Below, in pieces: positions 20,803 to 30,181 of a stretch of DNA of 64,000 nucleotides; position 1 is the stretch's first letter, and every line of letters begins with the position of its first letter. The DNA is from Nitrospirota bacterium (GTDB lineage: Bacteria; Nitrospirota; Thermodesulfovibrionia; Thermodesulfovibrionales; Dissulfurispiraceae). The notes beneath the pieces are model-generated. The model was not told where the DNA came from, did no database searches, and saw only the letters and a program-made list of their open reading frames with translations. The DNA lies in NCBI GenBank assembly GCA_963790025.1, contig CAWBMP010000004.1:1280001-1344000 (forward strand), written 5' to 3'. The translations under genes were made by a program, and so were the position numbers.

Positions 20803-21342
20803 TTATTTGGCTTCAGTCAAGACAAAATGGTCCCTTCTGTTTTTTGCCCAGCACTCCTCGGTGCTATCCGTGCAAAGCGGCTTCTCTTTTCCATAACTTA
20901 TTGTCTTTGTCCTCTCGGATGGGATACCGAGTGAAACAAGGAAAGACTTTGCCGAGTTTGCTCTCCTTTCACCAAGTGCGAGGTTATATTCACTGGTGCC
21001 TCTTTCATCGCAGTTCCCTTCGATTACGACATGTGTTTTAGCGTTTGTCGAGAGCATCTGTGCCAGGTTCTTCAGTATTGGCTTGGCCTCATCTTTGATA
21101 TCTGATTTATCGAAATCGAAATGAATGTCTTCGACCGTTGTCGTCAGTTCTCTTTCAGCCTGTCTTTCTACAGCCTGTTGGGCCGGTGCGGCAGGCGCCT
21201 CCATGGTCTGCGGGGCCTCGGCTTTTGGAGCAGGAGCAACCTCTTTCGGTTGTTCCGGGGCCTGGGTAACCTGCTTTTGAGCACAGCCTATAAGGGCTAT
21301 CATGCCGAGAATGAATAAAACTGCAACAAATAAACGTTTCAT
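20803..21342 (-). CDS. pal: Peptidoglycan-associated lipoprotein
   Basis: LIGC lipobox; IHFDFDKS, IEGNCDERGTSEYNLALGERRA, SYGKEKP, KNRR. Confidence 0.95.
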   Translation of the reverse strand: MKRLFVAVLFILGMIALIGCAQKQVTQAPEQPKEVAPAPKAEAPQTMEAPAAPAQQAVERQAERELTTTVEDIHFDFDKSDIKDEAKPILKNLAQMLSTNAKTHVVIEGNCDERGTSEYNLALGERRANSAKSFLVSLGIPSERTKTISYGKEKPLCTDSTEECWAKNRRDHFVLTEAK

Positions 21343-21427
21343 TATGTTCCTCCTTGAGTTAAAGATTGTTATAATTTAACAGATATCATGTATCTATGCA
21401 ATATTTGCCAAATCAGCAAAAATCAAA

Positions 21428-21874
21428 TCAGCATAACGAATAACGCGATAAAGGGGGCGAGATGTCTGAATAAAGGGTAAGAGGCTTTTCATGCAGCAAG
21501 GTCCTGCTGTCGCCTTCCGGCAAAGCACAGGCTTCACCCTCAGGCATAGTTATACCATGAGCAACAGGCATATGTTCCCGTTCCGGGGTTTTTCTGATTA
21601 TATTGTCTGTGGGCAGGACAGCCCTTTTTTTCAAAAAAATGATCCTGACAGCGGACTGGGAACTCCCGCTGCATGGGTGGTGAGTAATTGTTGAGCCGAT
21701 CAGTTCCAGAAGAAACAGACGGGGCATTATTATATCAACTCCGGCTGGCTCCTCAAATGCTCTGTTCAGCTGCTCACCCATGAGGGTATACGAAAGAGTT
21801 GAGACAGTAAAGAGTAAAAAGTATGACAGAAAAACAGAATGAAACAGACGGCATTTCCCCGCATCCGCACACAT
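21428..21874 (-). CDS. Hypothetical protein with N-terminal hydrophobic segment
   Basis: 148-aa ORF co-oriented upstream of pal; no family recognised. Confidence 0.4.
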   Translation of the reverse strand: MCADAGKCRLFHSVFLSYFLLFTVSTLSYTLMGEQLNRAFEEPAGVDIIMPRLFLLELIGSTITHHPCSGSSQSAVRIIFLKKRAVLPTDNIIRKTPEREHMPVAHGITMPEGEACALPEGDSRTLLHEKPLTLYSDISPPLSRYSLC

Positions 21875-22198
21875 GGGGAAATATTAACAAAAACCTATAG
21901 CCGGTAGCAAGCTGTAACTAAAAAGCGGCTAAGGGTCCCCCGCCTATAAAACTTTATTATATGGCCTTAAAAAACTTAAACTATCAAGAAATGCGTCTTG
22001 TATTGTAGTATGGCCGATATATTGGTTAATTTGTTATAATAAAGTTTTCGCGAATGGGTAGCTATGGCCATGCAAATAACTTTGGTTTAATAACAGTAAC
22101 TGTGCTGCATGCACTTTGATGAAAGACCACCTCTGCGATGGGTGGTGCATATTGCGTGCAAGAGTGAATCCAATTAAGTTATAAGGAGGATGTTTAGG

Positions 22199-23059
22199 AT
22201 GAAGGGCAATGTCCTTGTGGTTGATGATGAACAAATTGTACTCAAGAGCTGTGAGAGGGTACTTGTCCCCGAAGGTTTTGGGGTTAATATCGCTTTTTCG
22301 GCAGAAGAAGCCATCGGCTTGCTGGATAAAAACACATATGACCTTATTATTACCGATCTGAAGATGCCCGGGATGAACGGCCTGGAATTTATGGCAACAG
22401 TACGGGCCAAGGACCCGAATATTAATTTCGTAGTTATAACAGGCTACCCTTCACAGGAGAGCATAAAAGAGTCTTTGAATTTAAGAATAATCGATTACCT
22501 GCCTAAACCGTTTTCGCCGGCATTGCTTCTTGAGGTCGCCAACAAGGGAGTGGTATTCAAGCAAAAAGGCGCTGCCCCTGAAAGCAAGGATGATGTTTAC
22601 AATGCTGAAGCCGCCGGAAAGCTGGACGCAATAATACGCAACTATAAGAATAAACCCGGCAGCCTGATCCCGGTGCTCCAGGAAGCGCAGGAACTTATCG
22701 GCTTCCTCCCCCCTGTTGTGCAGCGGCACGTTGCGCGGGGCCTCGGAGTACCTGTAAGTGAAGTGCATGGCGTAGTTTCATTTTATTCTTTCTTTACAAT
22801 GAAGCCCAAGGGCAAGCACAATGTTAGAGTTTGTCTTGGCACAGCCTGCTATGTAAAAGGAGCTGAAGAAATTGTCAAGAAGTTCTCTGACGGTCTCCAC
22901 ATAGAAGTTGGCGGCATCACGGAAGACAAGAAATTCTCTCTTGAGACGGTGAGGTGCCTCGGCGCTTGTGGTCTTGCACCTGTCGTGGTAGTGGACAAGA
23001 ATGACACATACGGACATGTCAACCCTGTCAAGGTGCTGGATTTACTGAAAGACTATTAA
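22199..23059 (+). CDS. Response-regulator receiver fused to NuoE/HndA-like [2Fe-2S] subunit
   Basis: REC: VVDDE, TDLKMPGMNG, ITGY, LPKP; NuoE: LIPVLQEAQ, SFYSFF, CLGTAC, CLGAC; AGGAGG SD before ATG 22199. Confidence 0.9.
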   Translation: MKGNVLVVDDEQIVLKSCERVLVPEGFGVNIAFSAEEAIGLLDKNTYDLIITDLKMPGMNGLEFMATVRAKDPNINFVVITGYPSQESIKESLNLRIIDYLPKPFSPALLLEVANKGVVFKQKGAAPESKDDVYNAEAAGKLDAIIRNYKNKPGSLIPVLQEAQELIGFLPPVVQRHVARGLGVPVSEVHGVVSFYSFFTMKPKGKHNVRVCLGTACYVKGAEEIVKKFSDGLHIEVGGITEDKKFSLETVRCLGACGLAPVVVVDKNDTYGHVNPVKVLDLLKDY

Positions 23060-23143
23060 AAAACGATAGAGGGTAGAGGACAGAGGTTTGAGGCCTCAAA
23101 CCTCCAATTTCTTTCCTCCAACATGAATTTTTAAGGAGGCTAT

Positions 23144-23527
23144 ATGTCCAGAATAACGGTTGATGATTTAAAGCGGATAAAGGAAGAGCATAAAGCTGCA
23201 TTTACCCTCCGGGAAGGTGGCAGCAGGGCAAGAATAACCGTTCATATGGGCACTTGCGGGATCGCCGCAGGTGCGCGGAAGGTGATGGAGGCGCTTCTTG
23301 ATGAGATCAGCAAGAGCAATGTCAATGACGTCGCGGTTACCACATCGGGATGTGCCGGATTCTGCAGCAGGGAGCCTATGGCAACGGTTGAGCTTCTCAA
23401 CGAGGCGCCGGTGAAATATGGTTTCCTCAATGAAGAAAAAATACGAAAAATATTTCAGGAGCATGTATTAAAAGGGCAACCGGTCGAAGAATATGCCCTT
23501 GTGTTGGGCAGTGAGACTGCATATTAA
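23144..23527 (+). CDS. Thioredoxin-like [2Fe-2S] ferredoxin (HndB/HydD-like)
   Basis: MGTCGIAAGA, GCAGFCSREP. Confidence 0.85.
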   Translation: MSRITVDDLKRIKEEHKAAFTLREGGSRARITVHMGTCGIAAGARKVMEALLDEISKSNVNDVAVTTSGCAGFCSREPMATVELLNEAPVKYGFLNEEKIRKIFQEHVLKGQPVEEYALVLGSETAY

Positions 23528-23532
23528 AAACA

Positions 23533-23608
23533 GGCGATAGGCAATAGGCAATTGGCTATAGGCGATAGGTGCTTTTTTCCTATAGCCTATAGCCCATAAC
23601 CTATAGCC
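23533..23608. repeat. Inverted array of 7-bp tandem repeats
   Basis: GCGATAG/GCAATAG/GCTATAG x5, then CTATAGC-type units x4. Confidence 0.8.
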
Positions 23609-23624
23609 TGATTTTATAGGAGGA

Positions 23625-25508
23625 ATGATGGAAACGTATCGTGCAAGTGTCATGCTATGTGGAGGCACCGGCTGTATAGCCGGCGGCAGTTTAAAGCTGA
23701 AGAAAGCACTTGATGAAGAGATAAAGCGCAGGGAGCTTGATAATGAAATAAATGTTGTCCTGACCGGCTGCAACGGCTTCTGCGCAGAGGGGCCGGTGAT
23801 GACAGTGTATCCCGATGATATTTTCTATGAAAAGGTCACGGTAGCCGATGTGCCTTTGCTCATCGAAGAACACTTTATCAAAGGCAGGCCTGTGGAGCGG
23901 CTCATGTATAAGGAGCCCATAAAGAAACAAACCATACCGCTCATGAAGGAGATTCCCTTCTTCAGCCTTCAGGTACTCAGGGCCTTGCGGAACAAGGGGT
24001 TGATCGATGCGGAAAAGATAGATGAGTATATTGCGCGCGACGGATACCAGGCTGCGGCAAAGGCGCTGACCGAAATGACTCCCGAGCAGGTAATAGACGA
24101 AGTCAAGAAGTCGGGTGTTCGCGGCAGAGGCGGAGCCGGCTTCCCCACCGGCCTGAAATGGGAGTTTTGCGCCAAGGTCAAGAACGACCAGAAGTATATT
24201 CTGTGCAACGGCGATGAGGGCGACCCGGGTGCGTTTATGGACAGGAGCGTGATGGAGGCCGACCCTCACGTTGTCCTCGAAGGAATGATCATAGGCGCAA
24301 AGGCAATTGGAGCTAACAAAGGATACATATACGTCAGGGCCGAATACCCGCTGGCAGTGCACAGACTGCAGATTGCCATAGATCAGGCAAAGGAATACGG
24401 CCTTCTCGGCGACAATATTCTGGGTACCGGGTTTAATCTTGATATCGAGATTTATCAGGGTGCAGGCGCATTCGTATGCGGTGAAGAGACAGCGCTCATG
24501 CGTTCCCTGGAGGGCAAGCGCGGCATGCCGAGGCCCAGACCTCCGTTCCCGGCCGTTAAAGGATTGTGGGACAAGCCTACGGTGCTCAACAATGTGGAGA
24601 CTTATGCAAACATTCCTCCTATAATTCTGAACGGCGCAGAGTGGTACAGGACCCTCGGCACCGAGAAGTCGGCAGGCACGAAGGTGTTTGCGCTGAGCGG
24701 CGCGATAAGCAATATAGGATTGATCGAGGTGCCGATGGGTATACCTCTCAGGAAAATAATTTTTGACATTGGAGGGGGCATCCCCAAGGGGAGACAATTC
24801 AAGGCGGTACAGCTTGGAGGGCCCTCGGGCGGTTGTATCCCGGAGCATCTTCTCGATACCCCGGTCACCTATGAGGACATCGTGAAGACAGGGGCCATTA
24901 TCGGGTCCGGCGGCATGGTGGTTATGAATGACCTGAACTGCATGGTCAGCGTTGCAAAGTTCTTTCTCGAGTTCACCGCTGAAGAATCGTGCGGCAAGTG
25001 CACGCCCTGCAGGGTCGGTACTACAGTCATGCTGGATATGCTGGATAAAATCACCAAAGGGAAAGGAAAAGAAGGTGACATAGAGCTGCTGCAGGACATG
25101 TCCCTTGATATTATTGCGTCATCGCTCTGCGGCCTCGGACAGACGGCGCCGAACCCCGTATTGACGACAATAAAATATTTCAGGGATGAATACGAGTCCC
25201 ACATTAAAGATAAGTGGTGCAAGACAGGCGTATGCAAGGAACTCTGCACATTCTATATTGAAGAAGAGAAATGCAAAGGCTGCGGTGTCTGCAAACGTGT
25301 GTGCCCCCAGAAGGCGATCGCCGGTGAGAAGAAGGTGCCGCACCGCATCGACCAGTCACTGTGCATACAGTGCCGTTCGTGCTATGAAGTCTGCAAGTTC
25401 GGCTGCGTGCAAATAGGCCCTCTGAGCATGCGTAACGAACTTCTTGAACAGTGGGTCGGGGCAGCCGGAGCTGCCAAGACAGTGACACTGTCGGGAAAGG
25501 AGGAATAA
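23625..25508 (+). CDS. NuoF/HydB/HndC-like NAD(P)H- and FMN-binding subunit with extra Fe-S domains
   Basis: N-terminal CGGTGC/GCNGFC; GRGGAGFPTG, NGDEGDPGAFMD, GAFVCGEE, GGPSGG, ESCGKCTPCR; C-terminal 2x[4Fe-4S]. Confidence 0.95.
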   Translation: MMETYRASVMLCGGTGCIAGGSLKLKKALDEEIKRRELDNEINVVLTGCNGFCAEGPVMTVYPDDIFYEKVTVADVPLLIEEHFIKGRPVERLMYKEPIKKQTIPLMKEIPFFSLQVLRALRNKGLIDAEKIDEYIARDGYQAAAKALTEMTPEQVIDEVKKSGVRGRGGAGFPTGLKWEFCAKVKNDQKYILCNGDEGDPGAFMDRSVMEADPHVVLEGMIIGAKAIGANKGYIYVRAEYPLAVHRLQIAIDQAKEYGLLGDNILGTGFNLDIEIYQGAGAFVCGEETALMRSLEGKRGMPRPRPPFPAVKGLWDKPTVLNNVETYANIPPIILNGAEWYRTLGTEKSAGTKVFALSGAISNIGLIEVPMGIPLRKIIFDIGGGIPKGRQFKAVQLGGPSGGCIPEHLLDTPVTYEDIVKTGAIIGSGGMVVMNDLNCMVSVAKFFLEFTAEESCGKCTPCRVGTTVMLDMLDKITKGKGKEGDIELLQDMSLDIIASSLCGLGQTAPNPVLTTIKYFRDEYESHIKDKWCKTGVCKELCTFYIEEEKCKGCGVCKRVCPQKAIAGEKKVPHRIDQSLCIQCRSCYEVCKFGCVQIGPLSMRNELLEQWVGAAGAAKTVTLSGKEE

Positions 25509-25514
25509 AACATT

Positions 25515-27968
25515 ATGATTGAGCTTACTATAGACGGGAAAAAAGTCACAACGGCTCCCGGGACAACTATTCTTCAGGCCGCCATCAATAACGGCCTGTA
25601 TATACCCAACCTTTGCTATGATAAGCGGCTGAGACCATACGGCGGCTGCAGGCTATGTGTTGTGGAAGTACAGGGACAGGCAAGGCTCTTTGCTGCCTGC
25701 TCTTCCCCTGCAGAACAAGGCATGGTTGTCATGACCGAAACGCCAAAGCTTACAAAGGCACGGAAGCTGGTGCTCGAACTGCTTTTGGTCCACCACCCCC
25801 TTGATTGTCCGATTTGTGACAAGGCAGGAGAGTGCGAGTTGCAGGACCTGGCATTCAAGTACGGGCCGTCGCAGAGCAGGTTTTCAGGGGAAAAGAAGCA
25901 TGCAACTGAGAGGCTTGATGCCCCTATAGTGGAAAGGAACCCCAATCGCTGTATACTCTGCGGCAAGTGTGTCAGGGTGTGCTATGAGCACCAGGGGGTC
26001 GGGGCCATCAATATATTGGGCAGGGGGTTTAAATCGAAAATAAGCCCTGCTTTCGAAGAGACACTTGACTGTGAATTCTGCGGGCAGTGCATCGATGCAT
26101 GCCCGGTTGGAGCGCTGGGCACCAAGCCTTACCGTCACCGCTCAAGGGTTTGGTATATGGATGAGCATCAGATTGTCTGCCCGTATTGCGGCTGTGGATG
26201 CACTACGAATCTGAGTCTGCGAGAGGGCAGGATAATGCGGGCCCGGGGCGAGCAGGGAATCGGGATAAACGACGGTAACCTCTGCAGCAGGGGGAGGTTC
26301 GGGTTCGACTATATATATTCGGAAAACCGTCTGAAGACGCCTATGATAAGAAAGGATGGGACATTAACGGAAGTTTCATGGGAAGAGGCACTGGAGTATG
26401 TCGCAGACAGATTGCAAGCGATTAAGACAGAGCACGGCGCGTCTGCCATCGGCGCTATCGGCTCCCAGCGATGCACGATGGAAGACAACTACATGCTTCA
26501 GAAATTCATGAGGGATGTAATCGGCACCGATAATATTGACTCTGCAGCGCGGTTCGGCTATGCAAAAGCGCAAAAGGTCATTGAAACAGCGTTTGGCCTT
26601 AACAACCTGCCGATTGACTGGGAATCCCCTCTCCATGCCGATTTTATCCTTGTGGTGGATTCCGATATCACCTCCACGCTTCCTGTATGGGGATTGAACT
26701 TTATACAGGCAAAAAATGAAGGGGCCACCCTGGTGGTTGCTGATTCCAAAGAGACAAAGCTTGCGAGAAACAGCACCAAGTGGTTGAGAATAAAACCCGG
26801 GGCCGGCGTCGCTCTTCTGAACGGCATCATGAAAGTGATAACCGATGAAGGGCTCTATAATAAAGAGAATGCAGCGAAGGTGCCCCAGTTCGACGCCTTA
26901 ATGGCGGGTCTTAAAGAATTGCCCCTCTCCGCAGTGTCGGAAATCACCGGGCTGCCGGAAGATGCAATTGGAAAACTTGCCAGATCATACGCTGCCTCCG
27001 GCAAGAGAGTTATTGCCATGACTTCGGCATCCTCGGAAAATACAAAGAGCGTAAATGCGCTCCTTGCCGCAGCGAACCTTGTGCTGCTTATGGGGGACGC
27101 CCCTGAAACACTCCAAATCCCGGCTGAGTTCTCCAACACACTCGGCATGTGGATGGTAGGTGTCAGGCCGCTTGCCGACGGCAAAAATGTCTATGACATG
27201 CTGTATACCCCCGGCACCATAAAAGCACTTTATATCATGGGAGAAAACCCTCTCGTCTCATTCCAGGATTTAAACGTAGTGGAGGAGACGATAAAAAACC
27301 TTGAATTTGTCGTGGTGCAGGACATCTTTATCAGCGATACCGCAAAACTGGCCGATGTGGTGCTGCCTGCCTGCAGCTGGGCTGAAAAAGAAGGGACCTT
27401 TATGAATGCCATGGGAGGCATACAGAAAATCCCTAAACTCATAGTGGAAGCCGGTGAGTCCGTTCCTGACTGGCAAATCTTCAGGAACCTTGCGCGGCAG
27501 ATGAACAAGGACCTCGGCATCAAGGACCTTACCGATATACGGGCCTCCGTTTCCGATATTGCAGTATCCGGCCCGAAGGATGAATTCCGCCCCTCATTCA
27601 ACCCGGTCTCTTTTGAATTAATAGAGACTGTGAGTGATGAGTATCCGGTATATCTCGTCACCTGGAACGTCCTTCAGCATTCCGGCGCGCTATCGGTCCT
27701 TTCCAAAAACCTTGACTCGGTCGTGGCAGATGCATTTCTCCAGGTAAATACCAAAGATGCGGAGAAATACCATATCAGCGATGATACCTTTGTAAAGGTC
27801 ACCTCGAAAAGAGGAGAGGTGTTTTTGAAGGCGGTGCTTTCCAATGAGGTGCCGGAGGGTACTGTCTTTGCTCCTGTTCACTTCGCCCACGCCAAGGTCA
27901 ATACCCTGACATACCCGGCGATAAACGGGGGCTTGCCGCTGGTTACGGTCAAGATTGAAGCGGCCTGA
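25515..27968 (+). CDS. NuoG/FdhA-like Fe-S molybdopterin-oxidoreductase-family subunit, catalytic Cys/Sec absent (SfrA-like)
   Basis: CRLC, HPLDCPIC, CILCGKC, CEFCGQC, CPYCGCGC...C; DSAARFGY at the position of FDH DxCARx(C/U)H. Confidence 0.85.
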   Translation: MIELTIDGKKVTTAPGTTILQAAINNGLYIPNLCYDKRLRPYGGCRLCVVEVQGQARLFAACSSPAEQGMVVMTETPKLTKARKLVLELLLVHHPLDCPICDKAGECELQDLAFKYGPSQSRFSGEKKHATERLDAPIVERNPNRCILCGKCVRVCYEHQGVGAINILGRGFKSKISPAFEETLDCEFCGQCIDACPVGALGTKPYRHRSRVWYMDEHQIVCPYCGCGCTTNLSLREGRIMRARGEQGIGINDGNLCSRGRFGFDYIYSENRLKTPMIRKDGTLTEVSWEEALEYVADRLQAIKTEHGASAIGAIGSQRCTMEDNYMLQKFMRDVIGTDNIDSAARFGYAKAQKVIETAFGLNNLPIDWESPLHADFILVVDSDITSTLPVWGLNFIQAKNEGATLVVADSKETKLARNSTKWLRIKPGAGVALLNGIMKVITDEGLYNKENAAKVPQFDALMAGLKELPLSAVSEITGLPEDAIGKLARSYAASGKRVIAMTSASSENTKSVNALLAAANLVLLMGDAPETLQIPAEFSNTLGMWMVGVRPLADGKNVYDMLYTPGTIKALYIMGENPLVSFQDLNVVEETIKNLEFVVVQDIFISDTAKLADVVLPACSWAEKEGTFMNAMGGIQKIPKLIVEAGESVPDWQIFRNLARQMNKDLGIKDLTDIRASVSDIAVSGPKDEFRPSFNPVSFELIETVSDEYPVYLVTWNVLQHSGALSVLSKNLDSVVADAFLQVNTKDAEKYHISDDTFVKVTSKRGEVFLKAVLSNEVPEGTVFAPVHFAHAKVNTLTYPAINGGLPLVTVKIEAA

Positions 27969-28064
27969 AATTAAAAGCAGGTATAGGGAAAGGTTAAGGT
28001 TAAGTAAATGAAAAAACTTTCCCCCTTAACCTTTGCCTTGACCTTTACCTGTCTTATTGAGCCT

Positions 28065-28823
28065 ATGAAGGGATCCATAAAACGAAAAATATATAAGAAC
28101 AGTGGAAATTCTTTTGAGGAATTTGATGATTCCATTGCTACTGAAAAAAGACTAATAGTTTCAGTCAACGGCAAAGAGGTGCTCAGTTTTTACTGCACTC
28201 CCATTATGGTAAGGGAGCTGGTTGTCGGCATGTTTATGACCGAGGACATCATTAAGGGCGGGTGGTGCGCCGAGCGGATGGAGATACACTACGGCAAAGA
28301 GGTGCTTGTCGATATCCCTGCCGAGGGAGAGGCTTCAACAGACGGGGCTGTGATAACTTCAGGCTGCATCGGCGGCATTACTTTTCCAAAACGCCTGAAA
28401 CTGCAGAAAATCCATGATTCTTTCAATATACGCGCTGAAAGAATAAAAGCCCTGTTCAGGAAATTTCAGAACGCTTCGGAGCTTTACAAGCTAACCGGCT
28501 GTGTCCACAGTGCAGCCCTCAGCAATGGGAGCGAAATATTCTGCCTTGCCGAAGACATAGGAAGACATAATGCCGTAGATAAAGTTATCGGGTACGCAAT
28601 CCTGGAGCAAATTCCCTTCAAAGACACAATTATGCTTGCCAGCGGAAGGCTCTCCTCTGAGATTGTGTCCAAGTGCGCACGGTGGGGCATCCCTATTGTT
28701 GCGAGCCGGACCTCACCCACAAGCCTCGCCGTCGACATCGCGGAGGAAAGTGGCGTAACAGTCGTAGGTTTTGTCAGGGCCGACCGGTTGAATGTTTACA
28801 CCAATCCTCAAAGGATAAAATAG
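28065..28823 (+). CDS. fdhD: Formate dehydrogenase accessory sulfurtransferase
   Basis: TSGC, TGCVHSAAL, EDIGRHNAVDK, SGRLSSEIV; start 28065 preferred because the upstream codons derive from a hexamer repeat. Confidence 0.9.
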   Translation: MKGSIKRKIYKNSGNSFEEFDDSIATEKRLIVSVNGKEVLSFYCTPIMVRELVVGMFMTEDIIKGGWCAERMEIHYGKEVLVDIPAEGEASTDGAVITSGCIGGITFPKRLKLQKIHDSFNIRAERIKALFRKFQNASELYKLTGCVHSAALSNGSEIFCLAEDIGRHNAVDKVIGYAILEQIPFKDTIMLASGRLSSEIVSKCARWGIPIVASRTSPTSLAVDIAEESGVTVVGFVRADRLNVYTNPQRIK

Positions 28824-29126
28824 AAAAAAAGAGCATGGCATTTGCTCGTCCAAAGTCTGATAAAACACCTGCATTTGTTACGCATTTACCTGGATAACCT
28901 GCTCGATTCTTGCGAACAACCTCATGCAGTTTTCCGATAAGAACAGTGAAAATTGCGATGAGGGTTGTATCCCAAAACTTGCTGTTCTTAAGAAATCTGC
29001 CCTCTTTAAGGTTGCACCAAGAAGTTGTTACTCGCACCCGCTCCTCTCAGGCTCCACGTTACTTCTTAAAGTAGAGAGTTTCAGTATCGCTATACTGCTA
29101 TGCATGGGAACGGGGTCAGTGAGAAC

Positions 29127-29147
29127 GGGGTCAGGTCTATAATGTTT
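29127..29147 (+). repeat. REP-like inverted repeat, left copy flanking RAYT
   Basis: GGGGTCAGGTCTATAATGTTT, exact reverse complement of 30039-30059; partial extra copy AACGGGGTCAG at 29109. Confidence 0.85.
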
Positions 29148-30003
29148 ACCTTTTTGCATGACCTCGAACAACCCGGCTTATATATGTAAAATGCAAATTG
29201 AGATGATTTGCGATTGCCCGCTGAGTATATCCAAATTCGTAGACAGCAGTAATTATTTTGCTGTCCCTCTGACTTTTATCCATTAATATGTTTTTGCTGA
29301 ATATGCTATCCAACCCGGGTCTGTTGACATACCGTTGCGTTTTGGATATTTCGGCAATATTCTTATGTTTATTGAGATGATGATTCAGGCTATCAACGAA
29401 TTCTTCTTTTCCGAGGACTACCTGGCCCTTAACAGCATTCCAAATACTTTCTTGTTCGATGCCTGATTTCACAAACTCACTGTATTTTCTTTCTGCCTCA
29501 CTCCTTTCCTCGCTGAATTGCCCTAGTATCCAGTCAGTGGTAAGACACGGATGAGGCGTTTTCTTTCCTGCGGTTTCCCCGCAGCTGGACCATTTCCAAT
29601 CTTCAGGCTGTTCAACTATGTGCGCACGTACCGGATTCAGCACAACATATCGGCACACTTCAAGAAGATGACTGTCTTTCTGGATCACAATAGCCTTATA
29701 TCTACCTTGCAACAGATGACCTGATCGGTTGCGCTTTTTGTTGTAAGCCTGGCTGTAGACACTGTTTAATTGCCTCATCCCTATGGACAGATTTCCATCC
29801 GGCGTTTCAATCATCAAATGATAATGGTTATCCATCAGACAGTAGGCATGGCATAGCCAATTGTACCGTCTATTGATATCGACAAGAATCCCAAGGAATG
29901 TTTCACGGTCAGCGTCATCCCTGAAAATTGACTTCTTCTCGTTTCCACGAGAAGTAACATGATATACAGCGCCAGGATATTGTATGCGCAACGGTCGAGC
30001 CAT
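29146..30003 (-). CDS. REP-associated tyrosine transposase (RAYT, Y1 HUH) with C-terminal HTH
   Basis: MARPLRI..PGAVYHVTSRGN, CLMDNHYHL (HUH), RYVVLNPVRA, WKWSS; start ATG 30003. Confidence 0.9.
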   Translation of the reverse strand: MARPLRIQYPGAVYHVTSRGNEKKSIFRDDADRETFLGILVDINRRYNWLCHAYCLMDNHYHLMIETPDGNLSIGMRQLNSVYSQAYNKKRNRSGHLLQGRYKAIVIQKDSHLLEVCRYVVLNPVRAHIVEQPEDWKWSSCGETAGKKTPHPCLTTDWILGQFSEERSEAERKYSEFVKSGIEQESIWNAVKGQVVLGKEEFVDSLNHHLNKHKNIAEISKTQRYVNRPGLDSIFSKNILMDKSQRDSKIITAVYEFGYTQRAIANHLNLHFTYISRVVRGHAKR

Positions 30004-30038
30004 AACAGCCAATTTATCAGATTCATCATGAACATGTA

Positions 30039-30059
30039 AAACATTATAGACCTGACCCC
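30039..30059 (-). repeat. REP-like inverted repeat, right copy flanking RAYT
   Basis: AAACATTATAGACCTGACCCC. Confidence 0.85.
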
Positions 30060-30181
30060 ATTTCCACATTTCCACATACCAATATTCTTGCCTTTTCTTT
30101 CAATTTATTGGTATGTGTCCCTATTTTTTTAGGGCTAACGAGTTTTTAATAAAACTTACCCACGACAAACAAACTGCAAAA

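Noticed and set aside
23691..24848. 385-aa minus-strand ORF
   Set aside because: Antisense shadow of the NuoF-like gene; no recognisable motifs
25515..27968. Selenocysteine formate dehydrogenase
   Set aside because: No in-frame UGA and no Cys at the Mo/W ligand position
28774..29142. ORFs or ncRNA between fdhD and RAYT
   Set aside because: No recognisable protein family or RNA motif; not supportable by eye
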